From a virus, in IMG/VR virus record IMGVR_UViG_3300045988_036843, positions 1 through 55,665 of that record: a stretch of 55,665 nt of DNA, one strand, 5' to 3'. The notes under the pieces were generated by a model that was not told the DNA's origin, ran no database searches, and saw only the letters and a list, made by a program, of their open reading frames with translations. Positions 8,102 to 16,309 of the stretch are shown here, in pieces; within the stretch, counting starts at the first letter, position 1; each line of letters starts with the position of its first letter. The translations under genes and the position numbers were made by a program.

Positions 8102-8335
8102 TCATACCATCGGGAACGCCATCCAATGCGTTACCGTAACATCTTTCGGCAGTCTCTCACCTATCTCATCCCAGAACTGACCGTCTGCATAACAGCCAAG
8201 AAAGTACGCTGTCGGCGAGAATCATTGCAACATTTTTCCATCTTTATCACACCACGTTGTCTTAGTCACAAGTAACAAAGGCCGCGTCCTCTCTAGCGGC
8301 GGTTCACTTGATGGATGCCAAAGTGTGTTACTCAT
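8102..8335 (-). pseudogene. DUF551-like gene interrupted by an in-frame TGA (8222..8224)
   Basis: MSNTLWHPSSEPP...DKDGKMLQ-TGA-FSPTAYFLGCYADGQFWDEIGERLPKDVTVTHWMAFPMV. Both halves are in the same frame and together make one DUF551-like domain. Confidence 0.6.
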
Positions 8336-8622
8336 AACCTGTTCTCCATCAAAGAACCACAGTTCGGGCAGTAGTTGTAGCGGTCTCGGTTGTTTCTCGC
8401 ATGGCAATTACTGCACATGAACCTCGTCTTATCTTCGTCTTGCACAATCCATTCAGCGGTACGCTCTAAGGCTGTCGGGGCATCTTCCACAACGTCAATG
8501 GCATCGCCAATACCGCAAGCACGGCATTTAACGCCATTGTAGTTCTCGCAGCCATCGCAATATGCTTTCTTGATTCTTTCAATAAGTGCGTTTCGTTCAA
8601 GGTATTCTGGATAATTAGTCAT
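8332..8622 (-). CDS. Cys-rich (multi-CxxC) hypothetical protein
   Basis: 96 aa. Its stop overlaps the next start (ATGA). Confidence 0.6.
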   Translation of the reverse strand: MTNYPEYLERNALIERIKKAYCDGCENYNGVKCRACGIGDAIDVVEDAPTALERTAEWIVQDEDKTRFMCSNCHARNNRDRYNYCPNCGSLMENRL

Positions 8623-8785
8623 TGCCTTTCACCTCGATTGTTGGCGCAGCGTCGATATAGTCAAGCACATCGTCTAGCGCATAGCCCATGTAGGCGTACT
8701 CGACAGTAAACTCTTGCTCTAATTCCTGCATCCATTCTTCGATGCGTTTCCGTAGTGCATTAGCATCAATCGGTCGAGTGCTCAT
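8615..8785 (-). CDS. Hypothetical protein (56 aa)
   Basis: ORF track 8615..8836. ATG 8785 (MSTRPIDANAL). Confidence 0.45.
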   Translation of the reverse strand: MSTRPIDANALRKRIEEWMQELEQEFTVEYAYMGYALDDVLDYIDAAPTIEVKGND

Positions 8786-9011
8786 CTTTCTTCTCCCATT
8801 CCTTGCATCCACGTTCGTCCCACACGAAGTCTGCAACGTGTTCTGACTGGTCGTTCACACACACACCCTCAGGCTCTGCGTACCATTTGCAAGAGCCGCA
8901 GGACGGCTCAGATTTGTTCTCACAGGATTCTGCTGTGCATCGGATAGCTTTGCCAGCAGAGAACTGCTTGATTCCCATGCAAGAGCAATGTTCGGTGGTG
9001 CAGTAAATCAT
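8766..9011 (-). CDS. Cys-rich hypothetical protein
   Basis: ORF track 8766..9026. ATG 9011 behind a GGAGGAAG RBS. Confidence 0.5.
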   Translation of the reverse strand: MIYCTTEHCSCMGIKQFSAGKAIRCTAESCENKSEPSCGSCKWYAEPEGVCVNDQSEHVADFVWDERGCKEWEKKDEHSTD

Positions 9012-9229
9012 TCTTGCTTCCTCCAACCGATAAACTCACACAGGCCGATGGTCTGCGCGTCGCATCTGTGCGTGTATTTGACGGTCGGCAAATTAAACCC
9101 TTTTAAGTTATTGCAAACGGTTTCAAGGCTAAAAAGTTCGTCAAACGCATTGTCAGGAATTTTCGCATCTTCGGTGTTGTAGATAACCATACCGCATTGT
9201 TTGCAACGCCATATAGAACATCTCTTCAT
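9008..9229 (-). CDS. Zn-ribbon hypothetical protein
   Basis: 73 aa with CKQCG...C...C. Stop/start overlaps in the operon. Confidence 0.55.
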   Translation of the reverse strand: MKRCSIWRCKQCGMVIYNTEDAKIPDNAFDELFSLETVCNNLKGFNLPTVKYTHRCDAQTIGLCEFIGWRKQE

Positions 9230-9429
9230 TTTTTCTGCCCTCTCTTTTCCTTATTGAACCGTCCGATCACTCGCCTATACTCTGCATAGCACTCCGGGCA
9301 CAGGTCGCCTGTGTCCCTGCGCCACGCCCAGTCCTTGAAGTATTCGTCAGGGTTCATTATCCTGCCGCCAAGAACCGCTCCGCAGCGGTCGCATACTCGC
9401 TTGTGGTAGATTCCTTTATCAGTTTGCAT
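9226..9429 (-). CDS. Zn-ribbon hypothetical protein
   Basis: 67 aa with CDRCG...CPEC. Confidence 0.55.
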   Translation of the reverse strand: MQTDKGIYHKRVCDRCGAVLGGRIMNPDEYFKDWAWRRDTGDLCPECYAEYRRVIGRFNKEKRGQKK

Positions 9430-9995
9430 TAGCGCTCCTTTTCATCAAATTTCTTCTGCATCTTGGCTCTCAACGCTTCGATACGTTCTTTGTCGTCAGT
9501 GATAATCTCATACTTGTCGCCAGACCAGCCAAGCGGAACATCTTCCGTGTATTCGATATAGATTTTTTCCGGGTGCGTAGGTGGCTCATAAGGGAACGTC
9601 ACGTTTTTGCGAAAGCGGCTACTTGTAAACCACGTAAGGCCACCGTTGTCGGAATAAGCGATTGCGTCAATGTCGTGCACTTCAATCGTGTTACCTTGTG
9701 CATCAGTGGTCTTGAACACGCTTGAGCATCGTTTATTTTGGAAGTATCTTTGCCCCATTTCGTCCGACACTTCTGTCCATTCATCATCTTCGCCAGTCAG
9801 CGGAGTAATAGGTTTGAAGCGCAAAAGTCGCTCCAGAATAGACATTGCATATCCAGCGGTAAATCCACTATGGCCTTGACTTGCAAAAAGTTCAATAATG
9901 TCAAGGATGTTCTTGTTGATTACATCCTGCAATCCGTCTCCGTCTTTCGTAATACGTGCAAGTTCTGATTTTGCATATTCTACGGAATCACTCAT
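9429..9995 (-). CDS. Hypothetical protein (188 aa)
   Basis: ORF track 9429..10016. ATG 9995 behind a GGGGAGGA RBS. Confidence 0.6.
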   Translation of the reverse strand: MSDSVEYAKSELARITKDGDGLQDVINKNILDIIELFASQGHSGFTAGYAMSILERLLRFKPITPLTGEDDEWTEVSDEMGQRYFQNKRCSSVFKTTDAQGNTIEVHDIDAIAYSDNGGLTWFTSSRFRKNVTFPYEPPTHPEKIYIEYTEDVPLGWSGDKYEIITDDKERIEALRAKMQKKFDEKER

Positions 9996-9996
9996 T

Positions 9997-10779
9997 TTAT
10001 TTGTCCTCCCCAACATCCTTAAACAGGATTTCTTTGTCAGCTTTCCAGTCTTTGATTTTGCACGGAATGTCCGTTCCGGGCACTGTCTTTTTCAGCCCAT
10101 CCATCTGCCAGACGTTCCATGAGACGGTATCTGCGATGCAGTCAAGAAACATAGGCATACAGCCGATTTCCAGCCTTTTAGCATCAAACCGATACCTAAA
10201 ATTTTCGATCAGCGTCAGGAACAGGTTGCATCTTGCCAGCAAGAGATTGTCCCCCTGCCACTCATAGCCGTATGTCGATGCGTAGGCGTCGATTGCCCAG
10301 CACATCCACATATCGTAGTCATGGAACTGCTCTGCCAGAACATTCAGCTTCCTATCCAGCAAACCGATTCTGTCCGGCACGGCAATCATCTGCCCTGTTG
10401 TAGTATCGTATCGGCTTGTCAGAAACGGCGCTTCTCCACAGGTGACTTCAAGACAAGTCTTGTTGATGTACTCCTTCCAGTCCTCGCCCTTCAGGTCGTT
10501 TTCGGCAACGTCTGCCATCTTCTTGCAAACCCAAGTCGGCGTAAACACCTCTGCTTTCTTGCTGGTTCTCTTTTTCTGGTCTGCAAGCCGTTTCTGCACA
10601 CGAGGGACAAGCTGAACCTTGTCCAACTGTTCCAGCGTGATTTCATCTGCAAAGCCCACGCCTAGTTCAGGCGGCGGGTCTGTCGCCCAGATGATGTTCT
10701 TTCCTGTCGTGTGGTCTTGCAAGAGGACAGGAAGGAACGTGCGTAGGCAGGGGTCGGAGAAGTTAATCAAAGTTTCCAT
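9997..10779 (-). CDS. DNA methyltransferase-like protein (restriction subunit M-like)
   Basis: 260 aa. KKAEVFTPTWV and LEVTCGEAPFL resemble N6-MTase AdoMet-binding motifs. I did not find a clear (D/N)PP(Y/F) motif. Confidence 0.4.
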   Translation of the reverse strand: METLINFSDPCLRTFLPVLLQDHTTGKNIIWATDPPPELGVGFADEITLEQLDKVQLVPRVQKRLADQKKRTSKKAEVFTPTWVCKKMADVAENDLKGEDWKEYINKTCLEVTCGEAPFLTSRYDTTTGQMIAVPDRIGLLDRKLNVLAEQFHDYDMWMCWAIDAYASTYGYEWQGDNLLLARCNLFLTLIENFRYRFDAKRLEIGCMPMFLDCIADTVSWNVWQMDGLKKTVPGTDIPCKIKDWKADKEILFKDVGEDK

Positions 10780-10961
10780 TGGTCAGCCCTCACCATAATT
10801 GTGTTCTTTTCTTTCAGCCAATCCTTGACGCAATGAAAGCAATGCTCACGGTTCTGGCAACGCTCTGGGTCACGATGCTTAATAAGCTCGCAGATGCCCC
10901 GCGTAAAGTTTTCTGTAATATCTTCGTCCGTCATGGAGCGGATAAAATCGCCGTTAGTCAT
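10767..10961 (-). CDS. Hypothetical protein (64 aa)
   Basis: ORF in the operon, overlapping both neighbours. Confidence 0.5.
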   Translation of the reverse strand: MTNGDFIRSMTDEDITENFTRGICELIKHRDPERCQNREHCFHCVKDWLKEKNTIMVRADQWKL

Positions 10962-11721
10962 CCTCGACCACCTCTTCTGCTACCTCTTTGTACTCCACGT
11001 CAATCCCTTTCGGCAAAGCCGTCTGGTACTTCTGAGCCAACTGTTCTGCGCTCTGGGCATCGCCCAACGGCTGTTCAGGCGGCGCAACGGTGACTTCCAC
11101 GTTGTCACGCATACCAAAGTAATTCTTGGCTCGGAAAATCCACTCTGCCGGGTTCTCCTGACCGTACATACCGTTATATGCCCACATGGACTGCATTTGC
11201 AGAATCAGCTTGAGGATGTACTTCTGCTGCAAGCTGTCGTCACGGCGTTTTCCCGCCATAATCTGCTTCAGGCTCACCCATTCGATGCCAAGCACCAGTG
11301 CAATCCATTCCACCACAGGGGAGATTCTGGCTTCGATGCAAGCGTCAAAGAAGAAGTCAAGACGCTGCTGCACTTCAATCGGATTGTTCATGTCCACGCT
11401 CGGAAGGTCGCCAAAATACTTTGCTGCAATCATGCCGATGACCTTTTTGTCCTCTTCATCGCCAATTCTCGACTGCAAATCGCCTGTGTTCAGCATCTTA
11501 GACCTTGTGATTGCTAACTCCTGTTGTTCTTTCACCTTTTTACTCACCTGTGAGCGGATAGATTTCCGCTTGTTAAGCATCTGCTGTTTCTTCTTCTCTC
11601 GCTCTTTCTCACGCTTCGCAGCGGCTTCTTCTTTCGCCTTTTGCGCCCGTTTCTCACGCTTTTTCTTCTCAGCTTCGGTCAGTGGCGGTCTGCCACGACC
11701 ACGCTTCGGGGGTGTTGCCAT
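10954..11721 (-). CDS. terS: Terminase small subunit-like protein with N-terminal AT-hook
   Basis: 255 aa. KRGRGRPP AT-hook, Lys/Glu-rich linker, then VEWIALVLGIEWVSLKQI...AEWIFRAKNYFGMRD, resembling the HTH core of Firmicutes-phage TerS (GP3_package-like). Confidence 0.5.
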   Translation of the reverse strand: MATPPKRGRGRPPLTEAEKKKREKRAQKAKEEAAAKREKEREKKKQQMLNKRKSIRSQVSKKVKEQQELAITRSKMLNTGDLQSRIGDEEDKKVIGMIAAKYFGDLPSVDMNNPIEVQQRLDFFFDACIEARISPVVEWIALVLGIEWVSLKQIMAGKRRDDSLQQKYILKLILQMQSMWAYNGMYGQENPAEWIFRAKNYFGMRDNVEVTVAPPEQPLGDAQSAEQLAQKYQTALPKGIDVEYKEVAEEVVEDD

Positions 11722-11724
11722 GTA

Positions 11725-11912
11725 TCAGACCTCCTTTGGCGGTTCAGGAACAGGCATCCAATGTGTAACGGTATACGGGATTTCGCTTCCAAGTTCGACC
11801 CAATAGCCATCAGATGTCATAAAACCGAAAATCATATCCGCATTATCGCAATACGCAATTACAGTTTCAAACGATTCTGGAAGTTGTTTTTTACGCTAAT
11901 CCACTCGTTCAT
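11725..11912 (-). pseudogene. DUF551-like gene with a frameshift at an A6 run (plus-strand T6, 11887..11892)
   Basis: MNEWISVK stops after 17 aa. One extra A would give ...KKQLPESFETVIAYCDNADMIFGFMTSDGYWVELGSEIPYTVTHWMPVPEPPKEV. Confidence 0.6.
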
Positions 11913-11916
11913 ACTC

Positions 11917-12081
11917 TCACCTCTTCATCTTTGTTTCAATGCTGTCCAGCTTCCGTGCAATCCACCAGACGGAACAGCAGTTGCCCAACTGCCGCCACCA
12001 AGCGCACTTCTCTTTTTCGCAGATGCACCGACCAAGCGGATTGCTCGTCATCTTCATCGGACAGTAAAGTTCGTTGTCCAT
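11917..12081 (-). CDS. Small Cys-rich protein (54 aa)
   Basis: ORF track 11917..12123. ATG 12081 (MDNELYCPMK...C.C....CAWW...CC) overlaps the upstream stop (TAATG). Confidence 0.5.
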   Translation of the reverse strand: MDNELYCPMKMTSNPLGRCICEKEKCAWWRQLGNCCSVWWIARKLDSIETKMKR

Positions 12082-12545
12082 TATTTCCACCCCATCACAA
12101 CTGCCGTACAAACGGCCAGACACACGTTAATGAACAGCCAGACGAGCATTGCCTGCCGTTCCTCAAACAGGCTGTTCGCCATGCCCTTGATTGTCCGTTC
12201 GGACTGAACCACCACCGCCAGCAGGACTAGGCAGACAGGCCAGCCCAGTACGGCAACATTCTTGCGCTCCGCAAGACGTTTCTTCCAGCGTGGGTATTTT
12301 TCCTGTGCCTTCTCCCAGCATTCTTCGTAAAACTCCTGCATGGCAAAGCCGTTCACAGGCTCGCCCAGCAGGGCATAGATGCTGTTCAGGACATCCCCGA
12401 ACTCCTCTTTCAGATTCTCCCAGCACTCTTCGATGGTCTTGGGAGTAGGGTTCGTGCCATCCAGAGCGCGGCGCAGCTTCAACGCAGCCTGTGCCAGTTC
12501 AGATGCTTCTTCTGCCAACTGCGCTAAGATTTCCGTCTTAGGCAA
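12081..12545 (-). CDS. MazG-like nucleotide pyrophosphohydrolase domain fused to two C-terminal TM helices
   Basis: EEASELAQA...(spacer)...EEFGDVL fits the MazG EExxE...ExxD pattern. The C-terminus (VLGWPVCLVLLAVVV...LVWLFINVCLAVCTAVV) is hydrophobic. TTG start, weak RBS. Confidence 0.45.
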   Translation of the reverse strand: MPKTEILAQLAEEASELAQAALKLRRALDGTNPTPKTIEECWENLKEEFGDVLNSIYALLGEPVNGFAMQEFYEECWEKAQEKYPRWKKRLAERKNVAVLGWPVCLVLLAVVVQSERTIKGMANSLFEERQAMLVWLFINVCLAVCTAVVMGWK

Positions 12546-12581
12546 GATGTCTGAAACTTTTTTCTCACTTCTGTTCTCCTT

Positions 12582-12965
12582 TCAATCGATGTATCTCCAT
12601 GCAACGATTTTGACATCACTTGAAACCCATTCACCACTACTTTGAAACCAGCGTTTATCGTTATATCTACGGTACGCAATGTCGAGGTTTCCATTTTCAA
12701 GCTTTATTTCGACAGCCACGCCACATTGCGGTTGAGTAGTCATGTTGTTCCATTCGTTCTTGTTCCCGTTGTCTAGTTTTTCTTTGTTTGGCTCTAACCA
12801 GTCATTCAATTCTTTCATGCAAGACGGACAAAGTTGAATCGGTTCTTCGCCAGCGATTATGTTTGCTCCGTTTTTTTCTGTCTTGATTTTTGCGATGCCA
12901 TTGAAGCCATCTACTTTGTACCCGTCAAAGACTTCTCCGCATCGGTCACACTTAAAACAAATCAT
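12582..12965 (-). CDS. Zn-ribbon protein with a DUF551-like C-terminus
   Basis: 127 aa. CFKCDRCG...CPSC, and a C-terminal NEWNNM...KIVAWRYID. Confidence 0.5.
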   Translation of the reverse strand: MICFKCDRCGEVFDGYKVDGFNGIAKIKTEKNGANIIAGEEPIQLCPSCMKELNDWLEPNKEKLDNGNKNEWNNMTTQPQCGVAVEIKLENGNLDIAYRRYNDKRWFQSSGEWVSSDVKIVAWRYID

Positions 12966-13480
12966 GTTCTCTCCAATCTCTTTAGCAGCCCATCAACGTC
13001 ATACCGCCAATGGACACGCAGCCTTTTCGCTTTGACCTCTATCCCTTCTTGCTCTGCCCACTGCCAAGGGATGCTCTTTCGGCTTTCGTTGTAACGAAAC
13101 GCCAGAACCTTGCTGGCAGGAATTGCAAAGGTGCGGTTGACCGCTCTGTAATTGACTATCACATGGGCGGTCTGACCGCCGTACCCCATTGCTTCCACCA
13201 TATCAGTGATGTGTTTTTCCTTGCGGTATTTGCACTTTGCCTTGTCGTACTTGCCGAACACTTTTTCCAGAGGGATAGAGGGCGTTTCGATGGTTTTCAG
13301 CTCAAACAAGTGGTTCATCGGGTATCGGTACACAAGGAAGTCGCAGATGTTGTCGATGGAAAAGGACAGGTTCTCGTTGCCGCCGTAGTAGGTGGTAGCA
13401 CTGTCTTTCAGCCGGTAGCACCACGCATCGGACGGGACGGATGCTTTGAAGTCTGCTTCAAACTGCTTTCCGGTGTTCAT
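12962..13480 (-). CDS. recU: RecU-like Holliday junction resolvase
   Basis: 172 aa. ICDFLVY...LFELKTIE fits the PD-(D/E)xK RecU core (DFxx...FEAKET). Confidence 0.6.
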   Translation of the reverse strand: MNTGKQFEADFKASVPSDAWCYRLKDSATTYYGGNENLSFSIDNICDFLVYRYPMNHLFELKTIETPSIPLEKVFGKYDKAKCKYRKEKHITDMVEAMGYGGQTAHVIVNYRAVNRTFAIPASKVLAFRYNESRKSIPWQWAEQEGIEVKAKRLRVHWRYDVDGLLKRLERT

Positions 13481-13483
13481 AAA

Positions 13484-13852
13484 TCAACCCGTCCATCGTT
13501 TTCTTCTCCATGTGTATGGGTAAACATAAAGCATTCCTCTCTTAATCATTCTTTCTGTCATCTGTTTTGCCAGCTCAAGGGATGACGCTCTGGGTGCGAA
13601 AATCTGTTCCGGGTATTTGATTTCCACCATCAATCCGTTTCGGATAATAGATTTTTCGCACGGATACTTGTAACCGTCTTTCAGGATATAGCCGACCACC
13701 TTCTTACCGCTATGTGGCTTGAACCCATACCAAATGCAAGAAAGCGGGCTACTTTCAAACGGAACCAAAATCCGTTTATCCGAATCGAACCTGCAATGGC
13801 TATCTAAGACGGATGCGATGTGCTTCATCGTTTTCTTCGATGGATTTCTCAT
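13484..13852 (-). CDS. Hypothetical protein (122 aa)
   Basis: ORF in the operon. The start is uncertain (M1 or M9). Confidence 0.55.
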   Translation of the reverse strand: MRNPSKKTMKHIASVLDSHCRFDSDKRILVPFESSPLSCIWYGFKPHSGKKVVGYILKDGYKYPCEKSIIRNGLMVEIKYPEQIFAPRASSLELAKQMTERMIKRGMLYVYPYTWRRKRWTG

Positions 13853-13870
13853 CCTCGTTCACCTCTAAAT

Positions 13871-14146
13871 TTATGGAATATGAGTTGCTTTGTCAGCGGG
13901 CTTTTCCATTTCCTTCATAATCCGCTTGTGTTCTTCGATTGTCATGTTGTTCGGGAAGAAACACCTGTCAACCATTTCAAACGGCTCAATATAATGGTCA
14001 AGAACATCTCGTGCTTCTTTTCGTGCTTTTTCTGCACACATTTCGATGTATTCATCTTCGGTCATGTTGTAATCGGTAATGCAATCGACCACCGAAGAAA
14101 ACCGGCACAGCAGACCATTAGGTTGTCTTGCAATGAAAGCTCCCAT
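13871..14146 (-). CDS. Hypothetical protein (91 aa)
   Basis: ORF in the operon. Confidence 0.55.
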   Translation of the reverse strand: MGAFIARQPNGLLCRFSSVVDCITDYNMTEDEYIEMCAEKARKEARDVLDHYIEPFEMVDRCFFPNNMTIEEHKRIMKEMEKPADKATHIP

Positions 14147-14362
14147 TTATCGTTCACCTCTAAATTCACTTCCGAGAAACCGTTTCTTCCCACGCTCCCG
14201 GTGCTTGTCCTCATAATCACGGTGGTACATGCTCTGGCTGTGGTTCAGCTCATACACGAATGCCTTGCGCCCCTCGAAGTCTTTCTTCTCTGCCTTGTAC
14301 TTCTCGCAGGCGTCGTGGCAGGCTTGGTGGCGTGATGTGCAGTTGAGACAACAGGTAATCAT
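14147..14362 (-). CDS. Small Cys-rich protein (71 aa)
   Basis: ORF track 14147..14467. ATG 14362 (MITCCLNCTSRHQACHDAC). Confidence 0.45.
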   Translation of the reverse strand: MITCCLNCTSRHQACHDACEKYKAEKKDFEGRKAFVYELNHSQSMYHRDYEDKHRERGKKRFLGSEFRGER

Positions 14363-14366
14363 TCTA

Positions 14367-15018
14367 TTAACCCCACTGTTCAGACATGGCTTTTGCAATG
14401 CCCGGAAATGTTTTTGCTCGATTTTTAGCGCGATCGGTGGTAAACATACCCTTGTTGCGCTTATCATGCTTATGTGCGTAAGAGCCAGACGGACACCATG
14501 TCGCGGTAGGTTCTACGATGTTTGTCGGGTGCAGCGGCGGTACACCGCGCTCCCACAGTAGCGTTTTCTTGCTGTACGGATGTCCGTATTCGTAGGGCTG
14601 GATTGCCTGCGTAGGCTTTGGGTAATCAAAAATCTTGCTGGGGGTAGGATTCTCAATCACCACTTTTTCGCAATCTGCCGCCCACACGGCAAGAAAAAGC
14701 GCCTTGCCGCACAATCCCTCATAATACCGAGAAAGATTGAGCTTTCCTCCTTTGTACAGGTGTCTTGCTCCCGCGTTGCTCGTCTTTGTGCAGGGGACAA
14801 ATGCGATAATCATATCCCAGCGGGGCACATCATGCGCGATTCCGTCCATGGTCACGACCTGCCCCCCCCTCAATAGCCTTTAGGCAGTCACCAAGAATAT
14901 GCCATTCTGGATTCCCGCCGGACGGCTCAATCAGGTCGCAGGAATAGGCTTCGTGACCTTTCGCCCGGAATGCTTTGCAGACTTCCTGCGATTCCTCACA
15001 GGCAACTAAAACTTTCAT
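14367..15018 (-). pseudogene. Phage small DNA cytosine methyltransferase-like gene split by a G8 homopolymer (plus-strand C8, 14862..14869)
   Basis: ORFs 14830..15018 (MKVLVACEESQEVCKAFRAKGHEAYSCDL) and 14367..14873 (...WDMIIAFVPCT...VIENP...) overlap at the tract. Removing one G joins them as ...KAIEGGQVVTMDG... Confidence 0.55.
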
Positions 15019-15086
15019 CTTTCCAAACGCCCGTCCAGCCAGATAGCGCAGCTCTTATATAAAGTAGGCGGTCGATGCCTTACAGG

Positions 15087-15656
15087 TCAAAACGGTATCG
15101 AACCATCGTCTTCAATCACAGAAAAGTCATCGTTCCCGCCCTGCGAGTAGCCGGAGCCAGACCCACCAGCCAGCGTTTTCTTCGGCCTGACCTCATAATC
15201 GCCGGAACGAATCTTGTCCACGCTGGTAAAGCGGTCAACGACCAGTTTCGTCTTGATGTTGCCATCGTTGCCCATGTACTCTTCCTCACGGAGAACCACG
15301 CCGACCAGCTTGCCACGCAGGGTCTTTTCATCGTTGTTGAACTTGTAGCCGGGATTGGACTGCTCCACAGCGGTGATAAAGCCCTTGAAGAAGGGCAGTG
15401 CCTTCTCCTTGTAGCTCTTAATGGTTTTTCCGCCCCATGCCCATTCGCCCGGATTCAGCTTGCCACGCTCAATAAGGGAAGCAGTCTGCTCACGCCAGTA
15501 GCCCTTGAACTCGCCCTCTGCGACTTCCCACTCGATGTTCAGGCGTTCCTTTGCGGGTTCGTCAATCGCCTTGCAGATACCGGCAACATAGCCGCCAACA
15601 GGCAGGTCACGGCGTTCGGTGGCTTCCTGTACGTCATTCCAGTTGATGTTCTTCAT
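15087..15656 (-). CDS. DUF669-like phage ssDNA-binding protein candidate
   Basis: 189 aa. The N-terminal DLPVGGYVAGI pattern, Gly/Ser-rich linker and acidic SSB-like tip DDGSIPF fit this call, as does its position next to the Sak4-like ATPase. Confidence 0.55.
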   Translation of the reverse strand: MKNINWNDVQEATERRDLPVGGYVAGICKAIDEPAKERLNIEWEVAEGEFKGYWREQTASLIERGKLNPGEWAWGGKTIKSYKEKALPFFKGFITAVEQSNPGYKFNNDEKTLRGKLVGVVLREEEYMGNDGNIKTKLVVDRFTSVDKIRSGDYEVRPKKTLAGGSGSGYSQGGNDDFSVIEDDGSIPF

Positions 15657-15659
15657 CTC

Positions 15660-16292
15660 TCATTCTCCTTTGTTATCCGGCTGAACCGGGATGTTGTAAT
15701 ACTCACGGATGGTCTTGTCTACGGCGGCGAGGTCGTTCTCGATCAGCGCATCGTTGAACATCCCAAGAGGGGTTTTCACGGTGTCCATCCCATCGTTACG
15801 AGTGCTAAACAGGTATCGCCCGTCCTGCACAACGGTTTTCAGAACGATGGTGAAGTACCCTTCGATGCAAACTTTTTCGTCCAGCATCTTTCCTACCGTC
15901 TTGAATTTTTCTCCACCGTTTTCTCCGAATTCGCTGTGCCCGAAAAAGTAGACAACCACATCATCCGGCAGTTCCTTTGCCCGCATCAGCAGAGTGTTGA
16001 AGTTGGCTGCCATGTCGGTAAACTTCTGGTATCCAGCGACCTTTGCGTTCCGCATGAACTCGCCGGTCATAAGGTATGTGGCATCGTCAATGACGATAGA
16101 CTTACGCTTGGTGCTGTGGATTGCGACATCAATCTTGTCGTAGTTGTTGGTGATATAGGTTTTCATGTTGCTGCGGAACGGCAGCGGTTTGCCAAGAACG
16201 TTGATAACCGCAACCTGTTCGGGGTCAAAGTTCCGAAGCGAAGCGGATTTACCGCTGCCGGAGTGACCGTAGACCATTACTAATACTGCCAT
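15660..16292 (-). CDS. Sak4-like (AAA_24) RecA-fold ssDNA-annealing ATPase
   Basis: 210 aa. Walker A GHSGSGKS at the N-terminus and Walker B IVIDD. Confidence 0.7.
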   Translation of the reverse strand: MAVLVMVYGHSGSGKSASLRNFDPEQVAVINVLGKPLPFRSNMKTYITNNYDKIDVAIHSTKRKSIVIDDATYLMTGEFMRNAKVAGYQKFTDMAANFNTLLMRAKELPDDVVVYFFGHSEFGENGGEKFKTVGKMLDEKVCIEGYFTIVLKTVVQDGRYLFSTRNDGMDTVKTPLGMFNDALIENDLAAVDKTIREYYNIPVQPDNKGE

Positions 16293-16309
16293 TTTTCTTT
16301 CCTTTCTTC

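Noticed and set aside
15075-16283. 402-aa plus-strand ORF
   Set aside because: It is antisense to the recognisable Sak4-like and DUF669-like genes, has a low-complexity Val/Leu/Gly-rich translation and no RBS, so it is a shadow ORF.
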